Shown piece after piece: positions 1 through 9,133 of a stretch of DNA of 64,000 bases. A program made the position numbers and the translations under genes. The notes under the pieces were generated by a model. It saw nothing but the letters and a program-made list of their open reading frames with translations. It had not been told where the DNA came from and searched no databases. This stretch comes from a virus (lineage: Duplodnaviria; Caudoviricetes), in IMG/VR virus record IMGVR_UViG_3300031555_010858, positions 32,001-96,000 of that record. One strand, 5' to 3'. Within the stretch, counting starts at the first letter, position 1; each line of letters begins with the position of its first letter.

Positions 1-623
1 GCTTGTAAATCATCATAAGCTTGAGCAAGACCATCCATTCCTTTATATGTTTTTCTTCCTCCAGTTTTAGCTCTATTTTTGGCTTCAGATAACACATAAT
101 AATCTAATGCTGCATTAGCTTTTTCTAATGTTATCTGTTCAGGTTTAAATATATCATTTAATTTAACTGGATTTAAATAATCTTCGATACAGAACATTTG
201 TTCTTTATTAGAACGTAGAACCGGTCCATTACAACCTTCATTTATAGAAGTGAACATACGTATACCTATTGCTTCATCACTATAAACGTTTATACAACTT
301 TCTACAAGATCTAAAACTGTAGGATTATTTTGATGTAATTTATTTATAAAACTAGGAATATCGTCTTCTTTTAAATCAAGAATAGGGTTTAATGATATAA
401 CCATCTGTACAAATGTGGCATATTGGCGTTCTAATGCTTTTACTACATTAGATGCAGTATCAACATTTATAGATCTTGATATTATAACTGGAAATTGTAA
501 TGTTGCAGCCGCACTTTGTTTAGCTATAGATCTCCCTTTAATATCATCTAGAGCCCATTTTACATCTTGTATAGATCCTTTGGCATCTTTTAAGAATTCT
601 CCTAATTCTCCAAATACAGTCAT
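1..623 (-). CDS. Putative virion structural protein (partial, runs off the left edge)
   Basis: Not in the ORF track. ATG at 623 with RBS AAAGGAG and a late promoter at 665-676. Reads MTVFGELGEFLKDAKGSIQDVKWALDDIKGRSIAKQSAAATLQFPVIISRS... and lies in the structural block. Confidence 0.7.
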   Translation of the reverse strand, partial: MTVFGELGEFLKDAKGSIQDVKWALDDIKGRSIAKQSAAATLQFPVIISRSINVDTASNVVKALERQYATFVQMVISLNPILDLKEDDIPSFINKLHQNNPTVLDLVESCINVYSDEAIGIRMFTSINEGCNGPVLRSNKEQMFCIEDYLNPVKLNDIFKPEQITLEKANAALDYYVLSEAKNRAKTGGRKTYKGMDGLAQAYDDLQ

Positions 624-664
624 TTATAACAACTCCTTTATTTTTAAAATTTCAATTTCACTTT

Positions 665-676
665 TACATAATTGTT
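665..676 (-). promoter_or_regulatory. Late (nvRNAP-type) promoter AACA-ATTATG-TA
   Basis: Matches the AR9 late consensus AACA-N6-TA; upstream of CDS 1-623. Confidence 0.7.
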
Positions 677-700
677 TTACCCATAGATAGTTAGCGGGAA

Positions 701-712
701 AACAACTAAGTA
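701..712 (+). promoter_or_regulatory. Late promoter AACA-ACTAAG-TA
   Basis: Consensus match upstream of the 752 CDS; divergent partner of 665-676. Confidence 0.7.
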
Positions 713-751
713 AGAGAACTTACTGAAATACTAAAGAAAGGAGAATTGAGT

Positions 752-2215
752 ATGCGTAAAGAAATGAAGGTTACTACTAATAGTGGTCGTCTTAGAAAAA
801 GAACAGGACCTAGTACTTCATATAGAATAATAACCCATTTAAATCCAGGCTATACTGGTATCGTTGTAGAATCTAAAACTGTTGGTGGTGCTACATGGTA
901 TAAATGGGAAGATGGTGGTTGGTCTTGTGGTACATATCTAAGGTTAGTTAGAGATTTAGAAGTTAAGCCTGATCCACCTAAGGAAGAACCAAAGGTTCCC
1001 GAACCAACACCTCCTGAACCAGTAGATGAAACTATACCACCTAAACAAGTTGATTTTGGTACGATAAATCCAGATACTGGTGGTGTTACAACACATGGTT
1101 CAACAAAACCAACTTCAGGATATGATTGGACGTCTAAAGTTGCTTTTGATATGAAGTACCCGTATAACGACCAATGTACTGAAGCAGAACTTTTAAAGAA
1201 AATAAGACAAGTTAAATATCAAATGGATATTGAATATATAACTAAAAGCGAAATATATAATGAAGACATTCCTACAGGATATTTTTCATCTTTACAGAAA
1301 AAGTTGTTTAACTCTTTTAACAGACATAAGACAGCATTTCCTGATAAAGAATTAACTAAAACGTTTGCTTATGTATTTTTTACTAGACCAGATTTAAATA
1401 TAATAACACAGGCTGGTGGAACTAATAACTTTACACTAGTACCACAAACGGCTCTTGATGCTAAATATAGTTATCTTTGGAATAATAATCAATGGTGTTT
1501 AAAATCATTAGTTTCTAATGGTAATCCAAAGCATAAGTTTATGGTTTTATTATCAAACGAAGCTAAATCTTTTGAAGTTGGAGATGTTGTTTTAAAAACT
1601 GTAGAACATGGAGAAACCTACAATGGTAATAAAATTGTTTATGGTCTGTCAGACCAAGAATCAAACGCTGCAAATGAAATGAGTATACGATATACAGATA
1701 CTGTAAATTTAGATATATTCAAATTACATTTAGCGTGGACTGATTATATAAATAAAGTTTCTAGGGGTATTTATGCACCTAAGCAAAAATATATTACCGA
1801 TAGAATAGTAGATTATGCTTCATCATGTTATTATTTTTTATGTGGACCTGACGGGTCTACTATTTTATATTGGCAAAAATTAACAGGTGTATTTCCAGTT
1901 AATACTGGAGAAAATGCATTTTCTTGGGATTCAGGTACATTATTAGCTAAACCTGAAATAAATATAAAATATATGTATTCTTTTAAATCAACTATGGATC
2001 CAATGATAATAGCTGAGTTTAATAGCTTAACAGAACAAAGTGGTAAATATAAAAAATTATTAGATGGACATGGTGGTTATGAAACAAAACATTCTGATGC
2101 TGGTACGGACTTTGGATTTCAAACAGGATCAACATTAACACATGCACCATGGATAGCAGAAACTGAAGATGATTTTGGTCATAGAATGTTTCAACTAGTT
2201 TGGAAAGAAATATAG
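752..2215 (+). CDS. Virion structural protein with N-terminal SH3b-like domain and Pro-rich linker (tail/baseplate)
   Basis: LRKRTGPSTSY...W...GW SH3b-like motif and PEP linker. RBS AAAGGAG favours ATG 752 (ORF track starts at 746). Late promoter upstream. Confidence 0.6.
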   Translation: MRKEMKVTTNSGRLRKRTGPSTSYRIITHLNPGYTGIVVESKTVGGATWYKWEDGGWSCGTYLRLVRDLEVKPDPPKEEPKVPEPTPPEPVDETIPPKQVDFGTINPDTGGVTTHGSTKPTSGYDWTSKVAFDMKYPYNDQCTEAELLKKIRQVKYQMDIEYITKSEIYNEDIPTGYFSSLQKKLFNSFNRHKTAFPDKELTKTFAYVFFTRPDLNIITQAGGTNNFTLVPQTALDAKYSYLWNNNQWCLKSLVSNGNPKHKFMVLLSNEAKSFEVGDVVLKTVEHGETYNGNKIVYGLSDQESNAANEMSIRYTDTVNLDIFKLHLAWTDYINKVSRGIYAPKQKYITDRIVDYASSCYYFLCGPDGSTILYWQKLTGVFPVNTGENAFSWDSGTLLAKPEINIKYMYSFKSTMDPMIIAEFNSLTEQSGKYKKLLDGHGGYETKHSDAGTDFGFQTGSTLTHAPWIAETEDDFGHRMFQLVWKEI

Positions 2216-2230
2216 AGAGAGGGTGAGACA

Positions 2231-4876
2231 ATGTCAGATGATGTTAAAAAATATACCTCATTGTACGATATAAAAGATTTTGCATTAAACGTATTGGGAC
2301 CTAAATATTTTCCAGAAGATGTTATTGAAGGATATAATATTGGTTTATTAGGATATAGCTTAGATTTTATGACTACAACCACAGAAGACGTTTTTAATAC
2401 AGTTCCTGTGGTAGCAAATGAAATGTTCCCTAATTTAGCACAAATGCCAAATACTATTTATAATTATGCGTCTTTATTCCAAGAACATACCTTATTAGCA
2501 ACACCTGCGGTTATGGAATGTATTTTATTATTACCATTAGATGCATTATTAGCATATTCAGAATATGGTTCTGATGGTACATATAAAAAATTTATATTGG
2601 ATCAAAGAACTGTCGTACATGTTGAGGAACATAGATTTATGTTAGACTATGATATAATGATAACTATGAGACCTTATAGAAAAACTCATATAATAACTTG
2701 TAGTTATGTGAGAGAATATAATAATTCTTTAAGTAATATAAAAAATCCGTATATAAAATATCAAAAATATAACTATAATGGAACCCAATATATAGCATTA
2801 TTAGTTAAAATGAGACGTTGTGATAAACATGTATTTGAAACTAGAGTAATAGATAATGATAGAATTAATGTTAATACTATTAAAGTTCCGTTTACAGATC
2901 AGTTAGCAAATTTTGAAGTATTTTATAGAGAATCAACTGATAAAAAATTTACACAATTGCAAAAAAGATTGGTTAATTCTAAAGTTATAAAAGAACCGTT
3001 TTGTTATTATAAACTTAAGAATGACCAAATGTTGGAATTAACGTTTACTACTAGAGAAAATTATTTCAAACCTAAATTTAATTCAGAGATAAGAGTTGAG
3101 TATTATACTACTGATGGATCAGCATCAAACTTTGAATTATATACTGGTTATAATGTAGAAGTTTATAGGAATAGTGAAAGATACGAAAATAATGCTAGAG
3201 TTCCAGTTATAGCAATAACTGAATCGGCATCAACATCTGGTAAGGATATTCCAAATTTATTAGAACTTAGGGATAGAGTAGCTGATTGTTTTGCAACAGT
3301 TAACTCATATACAACAGAATCAGATTTACAAAGACATTTCAATTCATTTGATATATTGAATGATGTTAGAGTATCTTTTATTAAAAAAAGAGACGATATT
3401 TTCGATAGACTGTATACCGCATATTCTATAAGTAAAGATAGTTTTGGCTCTTATTATAAAACTAACACTGTTCAATTAAAAATATATCGAGATCAATTCG
3501 ATCATGAATTTGAACAATCTGAAAGAATGTTATTAAAACCAACAAATACTTTTATATATGACGGTCCATCAACTAAACGTATTGTTAAGATTGATAAGGA
3601 CGAAATATTAGATTTAGGTTTTAATAATAAGTTCATATATCAAAATCCATTTTTAATGACTGTGTCTAAAAATGGTATGGTTGGATATTATCTGAATAAT
3701 ATAAATGATAAAATACCTTTAGATTATGAGTATGTTAATGATAGTTCTATGGTTCAATTTATATGCAATAACTTATACGTGTATCGTTCATCTATAAACA
3801 ATGAAAATACGTATAAATTTAAATTATATTTAACTGCAACTGATATTGACATAGAATCACCTATGATAGATGAAGCTGGAAACGATACTGGAAGGATAAA
3901 AGTAATATTAACATTCATGCATAAAAATGGTACTGAAGCAGCATTTATAGAATGTAAACAAACTGAGTTTAATCTAGATAATATGAGATATACATATGAA
4001 GGGGAAATCTCTACAGACGACTTTATATCTGATACAGAATCTGTGAGAATATATGATTTACAAAATATGAATGATGGAGAAGATTTAGTTCAAATGATAC
4101 CTATGACTAATCTTAAAATGAATGTGTATACATTATTTGAATATGAAAATGATAATAAACGTCATATTTTTTCACATATTCCAGGATTTGAAAATACTAC
4201 TTTAACTAATAAATATACTACTGAGGAAACAAGAGTTGAGCTTATAACTCCATTGAATATGCTTAAATCACATATGGTATGGGAAAAAGATGAACTAGAT
4301 GCTAATTATTTATTAATTAAAGATGTCCCAGTTATTAAATGGAAAGATACTATATACGAATCCGATATAGAAGAATTTGATAGATTTGTACAAATATTAA
4401 AATCACAATATGATTACATGGACGAAATAATGAGTAAGAAAACTAACAACTACTCCATAGATATGAAGTTTTATAATACGTATGGAAGATCAAATAATTT
4501 TGTTGTAGGTGAAGATCAAGAACTTTTAAACCATGTAAATTGTACATTAGAATTAAAAGTATATCCGTATGTTAGATCTGAAGGTCCTACTTTAGTTAGA
4601 GATATGAAAATGTTCATAAAAGAATATTTTGAGAATATAAATAAAGAACAAAATGAAGGTATATTTATTTCTAATTTAACACAAGAATTGGAAAATACTT
4701 TCCCAGGTATAAGATATTTAAAATTTGAATCGGTTAATAATTATGGTTATAGTTGTCAAAGTATAGAAAACACTGCAGTAGATGTAACTACACTAGATAA
4801 AGCTGAGAGAATAGAATTTGTTCCAGAATATCTAAATATAGAACTAGAAGATATTATAATAGAATTATTAAACTAA
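2231..4876 (+). CDS. Putative baseplate wedge-type structural protein
   Basis: 881 aa; baseplate-wedge-like motifs (VEYYTTDGSASNF, SGKD); co-transcribed with the upstream structural gene. Confidence 0.55.
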   Translation: MSDDVKKYTSLYDIKDFALNVLGPKYFPEDVIEGYNIGLLGYSLDFMTTTTEDVFNTVPVVANEMFPNLAQMPNTIYNYASLFQEHTLLATPAVMECILLLPLDALLAYSEYGSDGTYKKFILDQRTVVHVEEHRFMLDYDIMITMRPYRKTHIITCSYVREYNNSLSNIKNPYIKYQKYNYNGTQYIALLVKMRRCDKHVFETRVIDNDRINVNTIKVPFTDQLANFEVFYRESTDKKFTQLQKRLVNSKVIKEPFCYYKLKNDQMLELTFTTRENYFKPKFNSEIRVEYYTTDGSASNFELYTGYNVEVYRNSERYENNARVPVIAITESASTSGKDIPNLLELRDRVADCFATVNSYTTESDLQRHFNSFDILNDVRVSFIKKRDDIFDRLYTAYSISKDSFGSYYKTNTVQLKIYRDQFDHEFEQSERMLLKPTNTFIYDGPSTKRIVKIDKDEILDLGFNNKFIYQNPFLMTVSKNGMVGYYLNNINDKIPLDYEYVNDSSMVQFICNNLYVYRSSINNENTYKFKLYLTATDIDIESPMIDEAGNDTGRIKVILTFMHKNGTEAAFIECKQTEFNLDNMRYTYEGEISTDDFISDTESVRIYDLQNMNDGEDLVQMIPMTNLKMNVYTLFEYENDNKRHIFSHIPGFENTTLTNKYTTEETRVELITPLNMLKSHMVWEKDELDANYLLIKDVPVIKWKDTIYESDIEEFDRFVQILKSQYDYMDEIMSKKTNNYSIDMKFYNTYGRSNNFVVGEDQELLNHVNCTLELKVYPYVRSEGPTLVRDMKMFIKEYFENINKEQNEGIFISNLTQELENTFPGIRYLKFESVNNYGYSCQSIENTAVDVTTLDKAERIEFVPEYLNIELEDIIIELLN

Positions 4877-4891
4877 AAAAACCGTAGATAA

Positions 4892-4903
4892 AACAATATC
4901 TTA
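4892..4903 (+). promoter_or_regulatory. Late promoter AACA-ATATCT-TA
   Basis: Consensus match upstream of CDS 4944. Confidence 0.7.
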
Positions 4904-4943
4904 ATAGTCAATAAAAAATACAATATGAAAGGAGACTACGTTT

Positions 4944-6836
4944 ATGTCTTATTTTGATAATGCAAATACTAATGTAACTCGTAAAAGTTTTGGTTCTAAA
5001 GTAGATAAAGAATTCAAAAGAGAAGGGGTTATACCTGTTAGAGATAGAAAAAAAGACGATGATACATTATTAGAAGCTGCAACTAAATATAGTGAATTAA
5101 ATAAGCAGGTTGATAATCGTAGATTAAATGATTTAAAAAATCAAAAAGCTTATGATAAAGCTATAAAAGAGGGTTATGAAAGTTTAAAAGAAGAACTGAT
5201 AAGAGACATTATATCTGATATATGTGTGGAATCTTTATTAGTTGATGAAGACGTTGTAAATGAAAACCTTAAAAATATAGTAGAAATGGTTGAAATGAAA
5301 GTTGATGATATAGGGGGATTTGAAGGTATAAAACATATAGCTGAATCTACTAATAACCCTATACTATTAAGCATGGTACGTTTATGTGAAGATACTTGTA
5401 AAAAAGTAGGGCAACGTAACGTAAGAGAATCTAAAGGTTGTGCTAAAGATGTTAACTACGGGTTAGAAAAAATAGAACTTGAAGAGTATGATTATAAAAA
5501 GAAATCTATAGGAGTAGATGCTATAGTAGGCAATATAAAAGATAAAGTATTTAATGTTGTTCAAGATGAACAAAAATTAAGTAGTGACAAACAGATGGTT
5601 ATGTCTGATATAGAGGCTAAAGTTAGTGAACTTGATGCTCCTATAGAAGAAGCTATGTCTTTTATATTCGAAAGTACTGGTATAGAAGTAGATACTTTAT
5701 TTAATTCAATAATGAGAAAGAATTATAAAAATATATTAGAAAATAAATCATCTGCAATATTTGAATCTTTTGATTATAAAGACATGAACCCTACATTCGA
5801 AGAACATGAATTCGTTATGGCTGATATAGAATTAATAGATGAAGAAATAGACAATGATGAATTAGTAGATATGTTCTTAGATGAAGCTCATAAAATCGAA
5901 AACGTTCCTGAATATGAGTATGAAGAAGCTTTAGAAAATTTATATAATGTAGTTAATGAAGGTTCTGAATACATATATTCTAAATCACAAGCTAAACATT
6001 ATAAAGGAATAGTTAGAAAAGTTCAAACTATTCTTGAATCAGATGATGCTGTTCATGATAAAAATGCTGAAAAAGATATGAGTAAAGAAGTAGAAAAAGA
6101 TCTAAAACAAATAAACAAAGAAGGTAAAAAAGCTACTGAAGAAGTTATACTTTGCCCTAAATGTGGTAAAGAAGAATGTTCTTGTAAAGTAGTTAAAGAA
6201 TATATTGATAAAATGGATGATATTTGTGAGAAATTAGATGTTATAATATATGCTCATGAAGAAGCTAGATCTAATGTTATGGAGTCTTTATCTTATGAAA
6301 TAAATGGTCAAAATGTATTTGTTCCATATTTACAACCTAAGGATGTTAATCTAAATAATCTAGAATTCATGTATAAAGCTAAAATGGTTTGTGAAAATAT
6401 GAAGAAAAATGTTCTTAAAGCTGAATATCTTGAAGAAGCTGTTGTAGTTGAAAAAGCTATAAAAATGAATTTAGAATCAATAGATGAGGTTTTAGAAGCA
6501 ATTAAAGAAAATGCTAACTATGAATATAAAGGTAAAGTATTAAAACAATGTAAAAAATATTTAGAAAAAGCACATTCAGTATTAGAACAATATAATTACG
6601 AATCTAATGAATATATCGAAGAGTCAGTTTATAATAATACTGATGATGTTGAAAGAATATTTAATCATGTTAAAGAATATTGTGTAATAGAATCAACAAA
6701 CCACGATTTAATGGAATTAGTTATGGCTGAAGCTATAGTTGAATATACTATATTAGAAACATTTAATACTTTAAGATTATTAAATTATAATAAAGACAAT
6801 GTAAGACAGATGGTTAGAAAAAATATAAGTAAATAA
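4944..6836 (+). CDS. Acidic head/scaffold-type virion protein
   Basis: 630 aa, Glu-rich, many hydrophobic-X-E-S/A motifs (LLEA, IAES, IFES, ILES, VMES, IEES, VIES) like prohead-protease substrates; late promoter. Confidence 0.5.
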   Translation: MSYFDNANTNVTRKSFGSKVDKEFKREGVIPVRDRKKDDDTLLEAATKYSELNKQVDNRRLNDLKNQKAYDKAIKEGYESLKEELIRDIISDICVESLLVDEDVVNENLKNIVEMVEMKVDDIGGFEGIKHIAESTNNPILLSMVRLCEDTCKKVGQRNVRESKGCAKDVNYGLEKIELEEYDYKKKSIGVDAIVGNIKDKVFNVVQDEQKLSSDKQMVMSDIEAKVSELDAPIEEAMSFIFESTGIEVDTLFNSIMRKNYKNILENKSSAIFESFDYKDMNPTFEEHEFVMADIELIDEEIDNDELVDMFLDEAHKIENVPEYEYEEALENLYNVVNEGSEYIYSKSQAKHYKGIVRKVQTILESDDAVHDKNAEKDMSKEVEKDLKQINKEGKKATEEVILCPKCGKEECSCKVVKEYIDKMDDICEKLDVIIYAHEEARSNVMESLSYEINGQNVFVPYLQPKDVNLNNLEFMYKAKMVCENMKKNVLKAEYLEEAVVVEKAIKMNLESIDEVLEAIKENANYEYKGKVLKQCKKYLEKAHSVLEQYNYESNEYIEESVYNNTDDVERIFNHVKEYCVIESTNHDLMELVMAEAIVEYTILETFNTLRLLNYNKDNVRQMVRKNISK

Positions 6837-6880
6837 ATAAATAAAGATATAACCTTAAAAGGTTATATCTTTATTTATTT
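6837..6880. terminator. Bidirectional intrinsic terminator
   Basis: ATAAATAAAGATATAACC-ttaaaa-GGTTATATCTTTATTTAT between convergent genes. Confidence 0.8.
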
Positions 6881-7511
6881 TATCTATGTTATCAAGATAT
6901 TGTTTTCTCTTGGTTATGTTTTTCATGTTGTATTTTGAATCATATCTATCAGCATACTCTATAGTTAATTCTATCCTAGGTTTACTAGAATAAAACTTTC
7001 TTACATGTCCTTCTATAATTAAACTATCATCCATAATAATTGTATTTTGAATCATATCTGAGTATGTTTTTCCTAAATTATCCCAATCAGGTTTAGTTAA
7101 GTTATTTACTAATCCTAATTCAGCTCTTAGTTGTTCCGACTTATTCATTGATTTAGGTGTTGGAAAATAACAATCGCAATATAATTTACATGCTGTAGTT
7201 ATTAATTCAAAATCACTTAATTGTTCTTTAACAAACTTCTCCATGAGCTTTCTATTATTCATAGCGTCAGAAACATAAAAATGTTTACCAAATCCTGCTA
7301 ATCTAGCTCTAGGAGTTGCTTTTGGTATAAAATAGAAAATAAAGCTAATTGTTTTCCATTTAGTATTTAGATTATTTTCTATATCATTTCTTACTCCTTC
7401 TAATTGCTTATCGGATATTCCATCCAGAAAATTATAAATCCTTTCCAAACAATCGTTCGAAACTTCTCCATACTTCTCATCATATTCAATTAATTCTTTT
7501 TTACTTGGCAT
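6855..7511 (-). CDS. rusA: RusA-family Holliday junction resolvase
   Basis: PKATPRAR, KPDWDNLGK, D...DD and KFYSSKPRIE motifs typical of RusA. Confidence 0.8.
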   Translation of the reverse strand: MPSKKELIEYDEKYGEVSNDCLERIYNFLDGISDKQLEGVRNDIENNLNTKWKTISFIFYFIPKATPRARLAGFGKHFYVSDAMNNRKLMEKFVKEQLSDFELITTACKLYCDCYFPTPKSMNKSEQLRAELGLVNNLTKPDWDNLGKTYSDMIQNTIIMDDSLIIEGHVRKFYSSKPRIELTIEYADRYDSKYNMKNITKRKQYLDNIDKINKDITF

Positions 7512-7529
7512 ATAAAATACCCCCTTATT

Positions 7530-9083
7530 TTATTTATTGAAATGACTAAAGTGATTACTAATATACTGTCTAACAGATTGTGTTACATTATAATAAAAGT
7601 TATTAGGTATATCTTTAAATTTATTTGTTAATAATGCATAAGCAAGTCTAAAGTTAAAATATATATTAGGTATTGTCATATCTACACCACACGTAACTCC
7701 TAAGTAATCTATTAACCCTTGATTAGAAAAAAAGTATGATGGTTTAGTAGATGGTGACATCATTAGATTACTATATAATTCTTTTATATTTAAAGTTATT
7801 TTAGCTTGTGTAGGCAACCCTTCAACACTCCAAGTTTGTTCAGGACCTCTATCTATAGATATTGATTCAACTATACCCATATCAATAGAGAACCACCCTT
7901 GTGCATAACCTCTTATTAAAAAAGGTGCATTGAAACTATTTTCCGTAGATTGTTTTGGTAATGCTAAACAAAGAGCATGGAACATTGGGACTAACACATT
8001 TAAATATATAGCTTCTTTAGTACCATATGGACTTGCTAAGTTTATTTGAATAGAGAAAGATTTATTATATTCACTATCAGTCCATATTTCAGGATATATA
8101 AGGTTAGAACCATGTAATACTTCTTCTCCTAAACCTAGTAAGTTTTTAAAGAATCCGAATGATGCTGCATTTACAACGTCTTTAACCATACTAGTAGCAT
8201 CATCTACAAATCCTTGTAGTTTATTACCACCTATAGTACCTACTAGCATTTGTGCTTCTTTCATTAATCCTTCAGCTTTATCAAAAGCACCTTCCAACAT
8301 AGATTGTTGTGTTGAATTTGAAATACTTTCACTTACTGATGTGTTTGGATCTATATAGAAATTAACATAACAACGTTGTCCTGCTGTAATATCATCTTTT
8401 ACTTGACTAAAGAATTCTTTATTTAATGATAATATACTATCATCTTTAACTGATGACATTTTATTTGCACCATTAACGCTTTGATACTTCTTCCAATCAT
8501 AAGTTTTATATGTACCCTCATTGTTGGGTGCAGGTAAATCTTCTATACCTAAGTAAACTGCAGCAACTCTACACATTAAATTTACATATGTCATATAAGC
8601 AGTATAATCACTAGTAAAATCATAATATCTACTTCCTGAGTTTTCATTTATTAAATCCTCTAATGCTCTAGCAGAATTATCTGAATCTGTTTGACCCATT
8701 AAAGCTCCAAATAAGGCTTTATTATCTTTACTATACCCTGGTAAAAATAACATTTTACCTGGCATTAATGTTGCTACTGGTTTTTCCATATAAATATGAT
8801 TAAAAAAACCAAAACCAAATCTATTGTTAACATCTATTCTAGGGTCAGTATCTGGTAAAAATTGATGTGGCATGCCAAAAATTTGTGTTGTTAAACTTCC
8901 TATAGACATATTTTGCGACACATTTTTATTAAGATTTGTCATATATTCTGAAGGATCTTCTACACCATATATATTTGTCAAATCTCCTTCAGTAGCTGGA
9001 TCACTACCAGTTTCTGGATCAGGATCTCTAGGTTGTTTTCCAGTCAAAATATTATAAATTCTTTTCTTTAATCTACTGTCCAT
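7530..9083 (-). CDS. Virion structural protein (baseplate hub/tail-associated)
   Basis: 517 aa immediately downstream of the tape-measure gene; beta-rich C-terminal motifs (GIVESISIDRG, GLPTQAKITLNIKELY). Confidence 0.55.
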   Translation of the reverse strand: MDSRLKKRIYNILTGKQPRDPDPETGSDPATEGDLTNIYGVEDPSEYMTNLNKNVSQNMSIGSLTTQIFGMPHQFLPDTDPRIDVNNRFGFGFFNHIYMEKPVATLMPGKMLFLPGYSKDNKALFGALMGQTDSDNSARALEDLINENSGSRYYDFTSDYTAYMTYVNLMCRVAAVYLGIEDLPAPNNEGTYKTYDWKKYQSVNGANKMSSVKDDSILSLNKEFFSQVKDDITAGQRCYVNFYIDPNTSVSESISNSTQQSMLEGAFDKAEGLMKEAQMLVGTIGGNKLQGFVDDATSMVKDVVNAASFGFFKNLLGLGEEVLHGSNLIYPEIWTDSEYNKSFSIQINLASPYGTKEAIYLNVLVPMFHALCLALPKQSTENSFNAPFLIRGYAQGWFSIDMGIVESISIDRGPEQTWSVEGLPTQAKITLNIKELYSNLMMSPSTKPSYFFSNQGLIDYLGVTCGVDMTIPNIYFNFRLAYALLTNKFKDIPNNFYYNVTQSVRQYISNHFSHFNK

Positions 9084-9133
9084 AATTACCTCCTTTCAGA
9101 GGAGAAATTAATCTCCTCTAAATAAAGTTATGA

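Noticed and set aside
415-690. 91-aa plus-strand ORF
   Set aside because: Antisense to the real minus-strand CDS 1-623, which has an RBS and a promoter.
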